Assembly (NCBI GenBank): GCA_026396275.1
Contig: JAPLXC010000007.1
Coordinates: forward strand, 37,084-101,083
From: Candidatus Moraniibacteriota bacterium
GTDB lineage: Bacteria; Patescibacteriota; Minisyncoccia; Moranbacterales; JAPLXC01
DNA: 64,000 nucleotides
Direction: 5' to 3'
The position numbers and the translations under genes are program-made. Below the pieces are notes generated by a model. The model saw only the letters and a program-made list of their open reading frames with translations, made no database searches and was not told where the DNA came from. Shown one piece after another: positions 9,986-19,844 of the stretch (within the stretch, counting starts at the first letter, position 1; each line of letters opens with the position of its first letter).

Positions 9986-10975
9986 TTAATATTTTGTATT
10001 AGCGTCAAATATAACGTCCCGCACGATTCCCGGATCGTTACTCAAGACCCCGATATCCTTTCCGTTTATTTTCAAATAGGTGTTATTGCCTTTCCCCGAG
10101 GTGATGCTTATTTTTTCATTGGCGGAAAATTTCTGAACGGCTTGAGGCAAAAGCGTTCCGCTAAAAACAACGCTTCCGTCCGCTTCCACTGAAAGCCAGG
10201 TGGAGTTGGGCTGGACCGTAATTTCTACTTCCAGCTTCTTTTCTGTCTGCGATTTATTCTCGCCTCCAGTAGCGGAATTTCCTTCAGCCGGCCCCGCGTA
10301 ATTGGCTTTCACCGAAACGGTGCGGATTGACTCCTTGCGAAATTTGTTTACTGCTTTCACGGTGATCGTGTTAATCCCTTCCTGAAGGCCTATATGTTCA
10401 TTGAATTCTCCATTTTCGCTTACCAGAACCGGCTGGTCGTTTATGAATACTTCCGCGTCCTTTTCCGCGATTCCTTTGACGTTCACAGTATCTCCTTCAA
10501 TAATCTCTCCGTCTGCCGGCTGGACGACAACCAGACGAGGAGTGGCAATGAAAGTATCCACTTCTTTGTAAAGATAGAAAATACCGACTAGTATTACCAG
10601 GATAACAAAACTTATAACCAAAATCCGCGGAGTGATGACCAAGCCGGAAATTTTTATCGGCCCAATGTATTCTTTCTTGCCATCTGTCTTTTTGATATTC
10701 TTTTGGATGCCCTCCTCACGCTCGTAGAGCTTGATTAACGCCTTTTCGCTAACTCCGGTATAAGCGGCGTAGCTTTTCAAAAAACCTTTTACGTAAACAT
10801 CGGCCGGAAGTTTTTCATACTGTCCGTTTTCCAGATATTCCAAATACTTTGCCTGAATCTTGGTATTCTTTGAAATTTCACTCAAACTCAGCCGCCTCTC
10901 ACTTCTGATTTTTTTCATTCGCTCTCCTAAAGTCAGAGAGTCAATCTTTTTTCTAGTAAAGTCACGACGAGCCAT
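9986..10975 (-). CDS. RodZ-like cytoskeleton protein (XRE-type HTH + single TM + C-terminal domain)
   Basis: N-terminal LTLGERMKKIRSERRLSLSEISKNTKIQAKYLEYLENG HTH, central TM helix, extracytoplasmic C-terminus. Confidence 0.55.
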   Translation of the reverse strand: MARRDFTRKKIDSLTLGERMKKIRSERRLSLSEISKNTKIQAKYLEYLENGQYEKLPADVYVKGFLKSYAAYTGVSEKALIKLYEREEGIQKNIKKTDGKKEYIGPIKISGLVITPRILVISFVILVILVGIFYLYKEVDTFIATPRLVVVQPADGEIIEGDTVNVKGIAEKDAEVFINDQPVLVSENGEFNEHIGLQEGINTITVKAVNKFRKESIRTVSVKANYAGPAEGNSATGGENKSQTEKKLEVEITVQPNSTWLSVEADGSVVFSGTLLPQAVQKFSANEKISITSGKGNNTYLKINGKDIGVLSNDPGIVRDVIFDANTKY

Positions 10976-11014
10976 AAAAAAACTTAAAAACGCAAAAATT
11001 AAACCTTAAATTTT

Positions 11015-13324
11015 CTACATTTGCCACCTATTCTGTTCTTCCTCGTTCTCTAAAGAAATGGGATTGTCATGTCCTTCCTTTTTCGCTAAAACTTCCCGCG
11101 GCTTGGCTCCTTCTCCCGATCCCACTACTCCCCGCTCTTCCAGCACATCAATGAGGCGCGCCGCCCGGGCGTAACCGATGCGCAGCCGCCGCTGGAGAAG
11201 AGAGGAGGAGGCCTTCCCAGCTTCAATTACAACGCGTTTGGCTTCTTCATAGAGGTTGTCTTCATAAAGATCACTTGCCGCAACAGTACTAAAGTCAACT
11301 TTCCCGTTTTCCAGAAGGCCTGAATTTTCTTCGCCTGCCTGCCGGCCAGGCAAGCTTTCCAGTTCTTCTTCCTTTATCTCCCACTTTTGACTTTTAATAA
11401 AATTCACCACTTTTTTCACTTCCGCTTCAGACACAAAAACGCCTTGAATGCGGCGCAGTTTGGCGGACTGCGAAGAAAGATAGAGCATGTCGCCATTGCC
11501 CAGCAATTTATCGGCGCCGCCAACATCCAGGATTGTTCGCGAGTCAACTTGAGTGGCTACTTTAAAAGCAATTCGGGTGGTAATATTGGCTTTAATAAGC
11601 CCGGTCAATACTTCCACGCTGGGGCGCTGGGTGGAAACCACCAAATGAATCCCTACCGCCCGCGCCATCTGGGCCAGACGAATAATGGCTCCTTCCACTT
11701 CTTTGCCGTGTGAGGCCATCAAATCCGCTAACTCATCAATAACAATGATAATATAAGGCAGTTTTTCCAATTTTTCTTCGCGGACTTCCTTTGTTTCAGA
11801 ATCAGTGTAAATTATTTTTTGGCCGGATTGGATTTTTTGATTGTAGGAAAGAATATCTTTCGAGCCCGTGTCCTGAAGCAGATGATAGCGATGCTCCATT
11901 TCTCCAATCGCCCATTTGAAGGCACCCAGCACTTTTTTGCTTTCCACGATAACATCGGAAAGAAGATGAGGAATGTCGTTATACAAAGAAAGCTCCACCC
12001 GCTTAGGATCAACCATAATCAGCCGAAGATCATCAGGAGAATTTTGATAAAGAAAAGAAAGGAGAATGGAGTTGATGCACAAACTCTTTCCGGAGCCGGT
12101 GGATCCGGCAATAAGAAGATGCGGCATTCTGTGCAGGTCGGAAAAAATATGGCTGCCACTCACATCTTTCCCCAGAGCAATTGTCAAGTTGGATTTTCGG
12201 GACTTAAAAGCATCGCTTTGAAGAAAATCCTTAAGCCGGACCAAAGCCGGCTGTTTATTGGGAACTTCAATTCCAACAAGTGACTTTCCGGGAATGGGCG
12301 CTTCGATGCGGATAGGATGGGCTGCTAGCGCTAGAGACAGATTATTGCTAAGTGCGGTGATTTTGCTCAATTTTATTCCCACCGCCGGACGAAAACTGTA
12401 CTGGGTGACTGTCGGTCCCACTTGAATGTCGCCCAGTTCCACCTCAATGCCAAAGTGTTTAAGCGTATCCTCGATAATCTGAGCGCGTCTTTTAACATCT
12501 CCGCCGTAGGCCTTGCCTGACTCCGGCTCCAGCAAATCCAGGGGTGGAAACTGCCAGGATCGTTTGTGAGAAGTCGGCTCTTCCATTTTTTTATCGCGGG
12601 AAAGCCAGGGAATTGATTTAATTGAAAACTGGGGTTCAACTTTTTCTTCTTCTTTAATTCCTTCACTCTTGGCTTCTTTTTTCTCTTCTTCCGGACTATC
12701 CACAAATTCTATTCCGGAATCGGCCGCTGGTTGTGAGCTGATGACTTCTTCTTCCTTAATTGTCTTTTCTCTTTTCCAGAAAGCTGACATTCCCCGGAAA
12801 AAACCGGCAATTGAGACATTAAAAGCGATAATAATTCCAATTAGAAAAAGGGCTGCTAAGACAACTGTTCCTGCCGTTACTTCAGAAACTTTAAGCAAAA
12901 GATAGGCCAGGCCGAAACCGACATATCCTCCGCCTTCTCCGTTTTGAGCAAATTTTGCCAATTTTTCCGGATCAAGAAAAAGGTGGAAAAAACCCAGCAA
13001 GGCCAGGAAGGCCACTGCCAATCCCACTAGCTTAGTGACATAAAAGAGTGTTTCTTTGCGAAAAAGGAGAATTATTCCCGCAACAATTAAAACTAAAGGA
13101 GAAAGCCATTTGCCCCAGCCGAAAAGAAGACTGACCATCTTATCAAGGTATTTCCCCAAGGCACCGGCGCTTTCAAAAAAACCCAGGACGAAAATTATCG
13201 CCAGGGCAAACAAAAAAATCGCCACTGCACTGCGCTTGGCATCGCCATGGACATTGCCTTTTTTAGCGTCATCGGACTCCTCTTTGTCCCGTTCTTTCCT
13301 TTCTTTATTCTTTTTTCTTGCCAT
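11015..13324 (-). CDS. ftsK: DNA translocase FtsK/SpoIIIE
   Basis: N-terminal TM helices, GSTGSGKS Walker A, C-terminal gamma wHTH (LYEEAKRVVIEAGKASSSLLQRRLRIGYARAARLID). Confidence 0.9.
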   Translation of the reverse strand: MARKKNKERKERDKEESDDAKKGNVHGDAKRSAVAIFLFALAIIFVLGFFESAGALGKYLDKMVSLLFGWGKWLSPLVLIVAGIILLFRKETLFYVTKLVGLAVAFLALLGFFHLFLDPEKLAKFAQNGEGGGYVGFGLAYLLLKVSEVTAGTVVLAALFLIGIIIAFNVSIAGFFRGMSAFWKREKTIKEEEVISSQPAADSGIEFVDSPEEEKKEAKSEGIKEEEKVEPQFSIKSIPWLSRDKKMEEPTSHKRSWQFPPLDLLEPESGKAYGGDVKRRAQIIEDTLKHFGIEVELGDIQVGPTVTQYSFRPAVGIKLSKITALSNNLSLALAAHPIRIEAPIPGKSLVGIEVPNKQPALVRLKDFLQSDAFKSRKSNLTIALGKDVSGSHIFSDLHRMPHLLIAGSTGSGKSLCINSILLSFLYQNSPDDLRLIMVDPKRVELSLYNDIPHLLSDVIVESKKVLGAFKWAIGEMEHRYHLLQDTGSKDILSYNQKIQSGQKIIYTDSETKEVREEKLEKLPYIIIVIDELADLMASHGKEVEGAIIRLAQMARAVGIHLVVSTQRPSVEVLTGLIKANITTRIAFKVATQVDSRTILDVGGADKLLGNGDMLYLSSQSAKLRRIQGVFVSEAEVKKVVNFIKSQKWEIKEEELESLPGRQAGEENSGLLENGKVDFSTVAASDLYEDNLYEEAKRVVIEAGKASSSLLQRRLRIGYARAARLIDVLEERGVVGSGEGAKPREVLAKKEGHDNPISLENEEEQNRWQM

Positions 13325-13408
13325 ATCGTCTTCATTCTAGCATATAATTTTTAATTTATCCAACTAAAAAGTAAAAAGGGCGACATTTTTTGCCGCCCGG
13401 AAATTAAC

Positions 13409-13771
13409 TTAATCGGTCTTTATTTTTCCCTTTTCTTTTCTTTGCTCTTTTAATTTTTCCACTTTTTTAAGAGCTTCTTTCTCCTTTTCGGTAGTTTTTT
13501 CCCTTTTTATTACTCTGATTTCTCGAACGCTTCCTTTTTCATCCTTCCCGAATAACCTGAATCTAAGTCGAAGATATTTTTTACTTCCTTTCAGAAGCAT
13601 AACGAGATTTTCGTCAATTACCAGCACTCTGTGAATTTTCGTAAAGCCATAAGATACTCCCAGAACAGTGGTTATTACCAGACCAGTTTCAGTTATCACA
13701 TCAGTGATGGTTTTGTTAGTATTGCTGTCTAAGGGCTCAACGTAGTATTCCTTATAAATTTTTCCTGCCAT
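13409..13771 (-). CDS. hypothetical protein
   Basis: 120 aa, Lys/Glu-rich C-terminus; no family recognised. Confidence 0.4.
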   Translation of the reverse strand: MAGKIYKEYYVEPLDSNTNKTITDVITETGLVITTVLGVSYGFTKIHRVLVIDENLVMLLKGSKKYLRLRFRLFGKDEKGSVREIRVIKREKTTEKEKEALKKVEKLKEQRKEKGKIKTD

Positions 13772-13892
13772 TTCAAACCTCGCCTCCTCTATTTTTTAAT
13801 AGTTTTTACAAAGAACGAAACATTATCTTGTTTTAGCACCTCGTAGCCGTTATGTCAACTGCATGGCGGAAGAATTCCAAATATTGCTAATG

Positions 13893-14162
13893 TCATTCCA
13901 TTGCAAAGCCGTCAAATTCTTTCGTGTCCGGCTGGTATTCAAAATCAACTTTTTCCACCCGGGCGAGCGGCGGCCCTTTCCGGCACCACTCCAAGAATTT
14001 CTCAAGTTTAACCTTGCCGCCCTCGGCTTCAATATAGACCGTGCCGTCCGGCTCATTGCGGGCAAAACCGCTGATTCCCAGTTCTTCCGCTTTTTCTCTG
14101 GCTGAATGGCGAAAAAATACCCCCTGCACCCGCCCGTAGATTTTAATCCTCAAATGCCACAT
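13893..14162 (-). CDS. acyP: acylphosphatase
   Basis: IYGRVQGVFFR ... GFARN..DGTV motifs. Confidence 0.8.
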   Translation of the reverse strand: MWHLRIKIYGRVQGVFFRHSAREKAEELGISGFARNEPDGTVYIEAEGGKVKLEKFLEWCRKGPPLARVEKVDFEYQPDTKEFDGFAME

Positions 14163-14249
14163 AACAGTCCGGTATAATTCTTAGCTCCTTTATCTTTGTA
14201 ACACTATACAGCCGTAAACAAAAACCGGTTCAGGAAAGAGCTGGATAAA

Positions 14250-14903
14250 TTATTTTTGACTTTTAATCTTCTTCTGAAACGCGCGGTAGAGAAAGTAAGA
14301 ACCAGCTGTTCCCAAAAGCAGGACGCCGGCGAAAAGAAATATACTCTCGCTAATTAGTATATAACTTGAATAAATAACAAAAATAGCAAACGGCAGTTCA
14401 GCCAAAATCGTAGCCAGCAAGTATTTTTCGAAATCATAGCGGATGATGCCCAAAGTGTAGCTGGCTACTTCAGAAGGAACTGCCAGACGAAAGAAGAAAA
14501 CCAGCCAAAACTGGGATCGCGGAGATATCCGCTCTTTATAGTATTCTATTTTTTCAAAGGAAACGAAGCGCTCGATTAGTTTCTCCCGCGAGTAAGAGCC
14601 GACCAGATAGGCAACGATGCCCCCGATGATCCAGCCGGTAAAAAGAAGCAGGAATGTCAGAAAGTTTCCCCACGCCAGAACGGCTGAAGGAACAAGCGGA
14701 ACACTGCTGAAGGGCGAGAGCAAGACGGAGAAAGCGGAAATCCCGATAAATAAAATTCCTCCGAAGAACTTGTTTTCTTTAAGATAGTCGCCAAGATATC
14801 CTATTGAACTTAAAACGACATTATAAAGATATGAGGAACAAAATATAATCAGAGCCAGGGCGGCCAAAACGGACAGGATTAAAAAAATTTTCTTGCTGTT
14901 CAT
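14250..14903 (-). CDS. TVP38/TMEM64 (DedA-like) family membrane protein
   Basis: 217 aa, 5-6 TM helices, LSPFSSVPLVPSAVLAWG-type DedA core. Confidence 0.45.
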   Translation of the reverse strand: MNSKKIFLILSVLAALALIIFCSSYLYNVVLSSIGYLGDYLKENKFFGGILFIGISAFSVLLSPFSSVPLVPSAVLAWGNFLTFLLLFTGWIIGGIVAYLVGSYSREKLIERFVSFEKIEYYKERISPRSQFWLVFFFRLAVPSEVASYTLGIIRYDFEKYLLATILAELPFAIFVIYSSYILISESIFLFAGVLLLGTAGSYFLYRAFQKKIKSQK

Positions 14904-15039
14904 ATTTGCATTATAACACTAAAAATACTTGTCCGCCCTCTACTCAAAGAGGATAAATTAGGCGGAAAACCCAGCCCCGGAGAAGCTGGAAAACATCACA
15001 TTAATTTACCCACGCACCAGAAAGCCCCGGACGTCAGTC

Positions 15040-15170
15040 CAGGGATGAATGACAAAAGCCCGAAAGGCTTTCGGTACGGGGTTCCGCTCCACGGAACTCC
15101 GAACAGAAAGAAACCACGGGCGTAAGCCCGTGGAGCTTCACTTGACGAATTAATGACAAAGTACTATGCT
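15040..15170 (+). ncRNA. candidate structured RNA / cis-regulatory leader (GC-rich, GNRA-type hairpins) upstream of 15227..15460
   Basis: aaagcccgaaaggcttt hairpin, ccacgggc-gtaa-gcccgtgg GNRA hairpin, and ctccacgg (15087-15094) can alternatively pair with ccgtggag (15128-15135); GC-rich island in AT-rich genome. Confidence 0.35.
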
Positions 15171-15226
15171 ACGCTCATAAACTTGAGCAGTTTCTTAATT
15201 AAAAGAACTCAAAGAGGAGGTAAAAA

Positions 15227-15460
15227 ATGGGATCCGGTCCGGAAAGACATCACAAAATTGATCTCATAGAAGATCTGGAAAAAGTTTACAAAGAGAAAGG
15301 AAGAATTCCGAGAGCTACCGACCTTATGGAAGCTCATCAAAAAGGAAAGTGTGTTTCTTACACCGTGTATTGCCGCAGGTTCGGAAACTTTAAAAATGCC
15401 ATTAGACAATTGGAGAAAAAACTGGGAAGAAACCCTTCCGATCAAGCAAAACTGTTTTAA
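15227..15460 (+). CDS. small protein with homing-endonuclease-associated-repeat-like motif (YCRRFGNFKNAIRQL)
   Basis: Strong SD aggaggt 6 nt upstream; 77 aa. Confidence 0.45.
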   Translation: MGSGPERHHKIDLIEDLEKVYKEKGRIPRATDLMEAHQKGKCVSYTVYCRRFGNFKNAIRQLEKKLGRNPSDQAKLF

Positions 15461-15521
15461 ACGCACTCAAAAAGTAAGATCCCGTCTTAACACAAGGCGG
15501 GATTTCTTTTTTTTGTGAACT

Positions 15522-16181
15522 TTACCTTAAACCAAAAACTTTCTCAAAATCCAGCCACTGGGAAAGCTCCCTTTCATTTTGAACGTAACCCCGAAAATCT
15601 GTTTTTCCGCCTTTGTGAATTCCCAGATGCAGGTGTTTTCTCTCCCCGCTGGTTTCCCGGCTGAAGGGCTCACCCAGAATTGCAATTAGTTCTCCTTTTT
15701 TAACTGGCGCATTAATTTGAGCCGGTGATTTTTGGAGGGAAAGATGACCATAAAGCACTGTTACTGCTTCATTATTTATCGCGCAGGATTCGATTATCAC
15801 GCCCCCATAACCATTTACTTGCCCTTTAAAAATCACTTTCCCGTCGCAAATGGCAAAAACCGGGACATCCTGATTTTCTTCTCCGGCAAATATTTCAAAA
15901 TCCGTCCCGGTGTGAAATCCGGTAAACTTTTCCGGCTGAACCGGAGAATTTTGCGGCGTGACATAAATCCCAAACGGTTTTTTTGTAATTCTTTCCCTAG
16001 CTTTTACTAATGGAATATCCAGTGAAGGAATTTCTTGGCTGGGAGTACTAATTCCGCCCGCGGCCGGACTCGGTCCGGAGGATGGCTCGTTTTTTGAAAT
16101 TTTTTTATTGGCGGAAAAGAAGGAAAAGGCAACCGTCGCCGCCAGCAGGAATATGATGCCGATTGCTAAGTACTTTTTCAT
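15522..16181 (-). CDS. M23 family metallopeptidase (LytM-like)
   Basis: N-terminal TM/signal, HTGTDFEI ... LHLGIHKGG M23 motifs. Confidence 0.8.
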   Translation of the reverse strand: MKKYLAIGIIFLLAATVAFSFFSANKKISKNEPSSGPSPAAGGISTPSQEIPSLDIPLVKARERITKKPFGIYVTPQNSPVQPEKFTGFHTGTDFEIFAGEENQDVPVFAICDGKVIFKGQVNGYGGVIIESCAINNEAVTVLYGHLSLQKSPAQINAPVKKGELIAILGEPFSRETSGERKHLHLGIHKGGKTDFRGYVQNERELSQWLDFEKVFGLR

Positions 16182-16290
16182 TTTCTTGCGAACTTTATGA
16201 AATTTTAGGCATTTCTATCCTATGCTAAAAACCAACTGCGGTCAAAAGAAAAACGGGCAAGGAGTGTAATCCTGCCCGTCAAGGTGAGTG

Positions 16291-16524
16291 CTAGTTTCTC
16301 CCGATGACTAACCTGTATTGTCGTTTGCGGGAGATGTCCTCTTTTTTAAGAAATTTGCTAATTTCTTCATCTTTGATACTGCTGGTCTCGGATATAACGA
16401 ATCCGTTTCGCTTGAGCCCTTTCCGATAACCGGCAGTTCTTTTGGCTTCAATTAGGGAAAAATAGGCTTTCCCTTCTCGGCTAAATATGAACCCGACGTA
16501 ATTTAATGCAACTGATTGTTCCAT
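16291..16524 (-). CDS. hypothetical small protein
   Basis: 77 aa; no family recognised. Confidence 0.3.
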   Translation of the reverse strand: MEQSVALNYVGFIFSREGKAYFSLIEAKRTAGYRKGLKRNGFVISETSSIKDEEISKFLKKEDISRKRQYRLVIGRN

Positions 16525-16631
16525 CTACTCCTCCTTTTTTCGTTAACAAAAGAGCAAATCAAATAATTATACAAAAATCGCGTTTATTGTCAAGATCATA
16601 AGCCCCTACTTGATTTTTTTGCGGAATTTAT

Positions 16632-17258
16632 TTACTGCGTCTTCTTGAACGTAGCCAGAATCTCATCGCAAACGTCGCACTGGTTGGTAAAAATTATTCG
16701 GCATCCTTCATTGCCCTTGGTGATGTAATAAGTGAATATCTTTACGCTTGAATCCCCTGGGGTCTGGTCTTCCGAGAATTTTATTGCCTCCATTCCGTTA
16801 ACTGTCAGTTTTTCATTACTTTTTCCTTCCTGAAGCATAAACTTAACTTCTCCAATGCTATCAAGGTTTCCTTCATAAAGGCAAGTGACGTCAAAGCCAT
16901 ATACTCCCGGCTTCATTTGGTTTTGCGCATATTCCAGTTTCTTGCTTGAGTAATTGTTGAGCGTCACATTGGCCGGCGGTGGAGGACAGCAGCCGTCCTT
17001 GAGGAAGTACCAGTTTTTGGGATATTTTATTTCATAGTTATAACTTTCATTTTTGTAGGTTTGCCAATCCGTATAAAGATCGGCTTGACCTTCTTCAACA
17101 GCTTGATTATCAGACACTTGATCGGCAGCCGGCTGACCAGAAATTTTTGCTCCGTTTTGATTTTGCGTTTGGGTATTTTTCGCGTTTTTGCAACCGGCTA
17201 AAATAAATACAAAACCGACCAGCAAAATAAACATCGGTAAAAATTTAAATTTTTTCAT
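16632..17258 (-). CDS. lipoprotein, hypothetical (lipobox LAGC)
   Basis: MKKFKFLPMFILLVGFVFILAGC signal peptide with lipobox; CCPPPP motif. Confidence 0.5.
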   Translation of the reverse strand: MKKFKFLPMFILLVGFVFILAGCKNAKNTQTQNQNGAKISGQPAADQVSDNQAVEEGQADLYTDWQTYKNESYNYEIKYPKNWYFLKDGCCPPPPANVTLNNYSSKKLEYAQNQMKPGVYGFDVTCLYEGNLDSIGEVKFMLQEGKSNEKLTVNGMEAIKFSEDQTPGDSSVKIFTYYITKGNEGCRIIFTNQCDVCDEILATFKKTQ

Positions 17259-17452
17259 TTAAGTTTTATTATTATAATTACGCTTTTATTCTACCACAAA
17301 AATCATACAACATTCCAACATTCTGCAGAAAATGAGAATGTTTTTAGTATTGCTTGATGACTGCTATAAATTGCGTACGCAATCCATAGCAACTGTTAGG
17401 TTTGATGGCCGAAGCGAGAACGGTTCTCGAGTGATCTCTTTATAGCATTAAA

Positions 17453-17490
17453 AACAGGAGTTAGTCAGCGACTAGCTCCTGTCGAATTCA
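17453..17490 (-). terminator. rho-independent terminator for 17506..17958 (13-bp stem, 3-nt loop, T-run on minus strand)
   Basis: acaggagttagtcagcgactagctcctgt preceded (plus) by taaaaac. Confidence 0.55.
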
Positions 17491-17505
17491 TTTGGTGTTA
17501 ATATT

Positions 17506-17958
17506 TCACCAAACAACCGCCCATAATTCTCCGTCCGTAGAGAAAATGAATTGGTTATATTCTGGCTCTGTTTTTAAGAGGACTCTTTCTAACCAAGGAG
17601 TTTTACATGTTTGTGAAACTTGCTTGATTAAGCTATGCGCTTTTTTATGGTTCGTGCGAAGCGCATGTAGTCTCAAATCGAAACCCAAAGATCCGTCTTT
17701 CATGCGATAGGCTCCACTAGTGCCGAAAAAACCAACATTTGGAATGCCATCGCTCAAGCGCTGTAAAAAAATCCTGACAGCCTCAATATGCTGTGCTGGT
17801 ACTTTCCCTATAAAATTATAGGGCTTTTCATAGTGAAAGAAACGAGTTTTTCTTTTTTTCATCCGTACTCTTTCTATCTTTTTTTTCGGCATTCTTACCT
17901 CCTTTTTTAACATTCTCCGACCAGTTCTTTTAGAACTTGCGTATAAACTTCCAGCCAT
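17506..17958 (-). CDS. hypothetical protein (basic N-terminus; start uncertain)
   Basis: 150 aa ORF; GIPNVGFFGTSGAYRMKDGSLGFDL region; overlaps the upstream small gene so real start is probably an internal Met. Confidence 0.4.
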   Translation of the reverse strand: MAGSLYASSKRTGRRMLKKEVRMPKKKIERVRMKKRKTRFFHYEKPYNFIGKVPAQHIEAVRIFLQRLSDGIPNVGFFGTSGAYRMKDGSLGFDLRLHALRTNHKKAHSLIKQVSQTCKTPWLERVLLKTEPEYNQFIFSTDGELWAVVW

Positions 17959-18044
17959 TTTTCATTAAAATTACCCCCTGTTTCCTTATAATATTCTTCG
18001 GCTTCTCGGTCTGCAATATGTGCGGCTCTTTCAACTATATTATG
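17907..18044 (-). CDS. hypothetical 45-aa protein (GTG start with perfect SD AAGGAGGG)
   Basis: ORF-track 66-aa ORF contains its own SD inside; GTG 5 nt downstream of the SD is the likely start; promoter-like TTGACA-17-TATGTT with a 9-bp perfect palindrome (acatagcat/atgctatgt) in the spacer. Confidence 0.3.
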   Translation of the reverse strand, partial: HNIVERAAHIADREAEEYYKETGGNFNEKWLEVYTQVLKELVGEC

Positions 18045-18183
18045 TGTGTGATGTTTCACTAATTCCCTCCTTCTTTTTTTAATGTTCTGAATAAAATAAC
18101 ATAGCATGAAGCTATGCTATTGTCAATATCTTGCTTAGAGAGATTATCGAGGTTCAACCTCGATAGGAAATACTCTGAAGGGC

Positions 18184-18645
18184 TTATTCCCCTCTTTTGT
18201 ATTTGAAAGAAATATTCGGATAAACTTTAATTAATTTATCAAGAGAATCAGCATCTCCCAATATTCTCAGAACTTCCCCAAATATGTGCTGGTCGCTCAT
18301 TTGACTGTGATGGTATTCCACATCTTCAGGCTTGGCATCGTTACGCAGTGTTATATACAATACGATCTTTGGATCGAGGACATCTTTTGAATCATTTAAT
18401 TTAATCTCTGCGTATCTTGCTATTCCTAATGCCTGTTGTATAGAACTGCTTACTTGCAGATTCTCTCTGTCGAGGGTGCGTGTTTTATTCATCCCATCAA
18501 GGACACTCTGATAATCTTTTTTATTGATAATCCCGCCTAATTCCAAATAGCGTTGATAACTATTTTCGAGGATATCTGCATTTCTTTCTCTTCCTTCGAT
18601 ATCTTGTGTAGCCACGACTTTATTTTCAATAGATTCTCTGCTCAT
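18184..18645 (-). CDS. hypothetical protein
   Basis: 153 aa; no family recognised. Confidence 0.4.
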   Translation of the reverse strand: MSRESIENKVVATQDIEGRERNADILENSYQRYLELGGIINKKDYQSVLDGMNKTRTLDRENLQVSSSIQQALGIARYAEIKLNDSKDVLDPKIVLYITLRNDAKPEDVEYHHSQMSDQHIFGEVLRILGDADSLDKLIKVYPNISFKYKRGE

Positions 18646-18841
18646 ACTTATTTTTTTATAAATAAAAAATAACTTATATATATATTATCACAACCGTTTA
18701 GTGATTATTACTCATCTGCTCCGAACGCTGAACGCCTGTCCGCCTTTGGCGGAAAATCTTTACCCCTTAGTGCCCCGCCACAGCGGGACTACTACTGGGG
18801 TTTCCACCGCCGCCGAATTCCTGCCTGCCGGCAGGCAGGTT

Positions 18842-19423
18842 TTACCCCAAAACAACTTTCAACAGTTCCGGAAATTCTTCTGTTCCCATATCACCCAATG
18901 TATAATGCCCCTTACTCTTAAGCTCAATTATTTTGCCATCTAAAACCTTATGGTAAATTTGAAGGCTTTTTTTGCCATCCTCTTCCTCGTCATCAGCGGT
19001 AAACATGATAATCTCTCCAATCCTATCTTTAATTTTCTCGTCTATTGGATAGACATAGAAAGCTTCCCTAAATTTATCGCCCGCGTCAGGAATTTTCCAG
19101 GGAGCTACCAGTATTAATTTTCTTATTTTCTGTCTTGTTTCACCCAGCCAGCGCACCAAAAAAGCACATCCGCAACTATGTCCAATTAAAATCGTATTTT
19201 CCGTAACTTCATATTTTTCAAATTCTTTTTTGAATTTTTCATAATCCGGCGCCCAGGGTTCAGGCAAAAGCGGAGTTTCTGTCTTTATTCCTTTGGCAAT
19301 TAATTTTTCCTTAATCCACGGAATCCAATGTTTGTCATATGTCCGCGTCTGCGGATCCATTGCTTTCTCTTTGTCCGAGGGACACCCATGAATTATTATG
19401 CAATTTATTTGTGACTGATCCAT
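18842..19423 (-). CDS. alpha/beta hydrolase, YdeN/RBBP9-like serine hydrolase family
   Basis: IIIHGCPS ... LIGHSCGC nucleophile elbow, about 190 aa typical of the family. Confidence 0.6.
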   Translation of the reverse strand: MDQSQINCIIIHGCPSDKEKAMDPQTRTYDKHWIPWIKEKLIAKGIKTETPLLPEPWAPDYEKFKKEFEKYEVTENTILIGHSCGCAFLVRWLGETRQKIRKLILVAPWKIPDAGDKFREAFYVYPIDEKIKDRIGEIIMFTADDEEEDGKKSLQIYHKVLDGKIIELKSKGHYTLGDMGTEEFPELLKVVLG

Positions 19424-19506
19424 ATAATAAAGTTGAGGTAAGCTTGTCCCGTGATCCGCCGCGGATTTTACGGGGTAATTAATTACGTAATTCTGAATAT
19501 TACACT

Positions 19507-19534
19507 ATCCTTAAATTCTCAAGTATTTAAGGAT
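19507..19534. promoter_or_regulatory. 28-bp inverted repeat atccttaaattctcaagtatttaaggat (copy 1, downstream of ArsR gene / upstream side of the hydrolase gene)
   Basis: 10-N8-10 palindrome, exact second copy at 19843..19870. Confidence 0.6.
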
Positions 19535-19538
19535 GGTG

Positions 19539-19844
19539 TTATTCTGTCTGGAATGTTTTTAAGAATCGGACGAACATTTTACCATAAGGCGACAGGGCGT
19601 GCTCCACAAAATTGCCGCGATATTTTTTGTTAATAAGCCCCGCCTGATAAAGTCTTCTGGTATGCTCGCTGATTGTTTTCTCATTGGCTTTCAGTTTTTT
19701 AACTATATTATCAAGTGTAATGTCTTTTTGTTCATCTATTAGTAGCAATATATCAATGCGGTGATGGTTGGCCATTCCTTTCAAGTGCCGCTCCATTTGT
19801 TTTGCCGTTTTGATTTTCCTCATATTAACATTATACACAACCAT
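19539..19844 (-). CDS. ArsR/SmtB family transcriptional regulator
   Basis: RIDILLLIDEQKDITLDNIVKKLKANEKTISEHTRRLYQAGLINKK winged-helix signature. Confidence 0.7.
   Translation of the reverse strand: MVVYNVNMRKIKTAKQMERHLKGMANHHRIDILLLIDEQKDITLDNIVKKLKANEKTISEHTRRLYQAGLINKKYRGNFVEHALSPYGKMFVRFLKTFQTE

Noticed and set aside
11387-12905. ORFs overlapping ftsK on both strands
   Set aside because: Nested within conserved ftsK coding frame.
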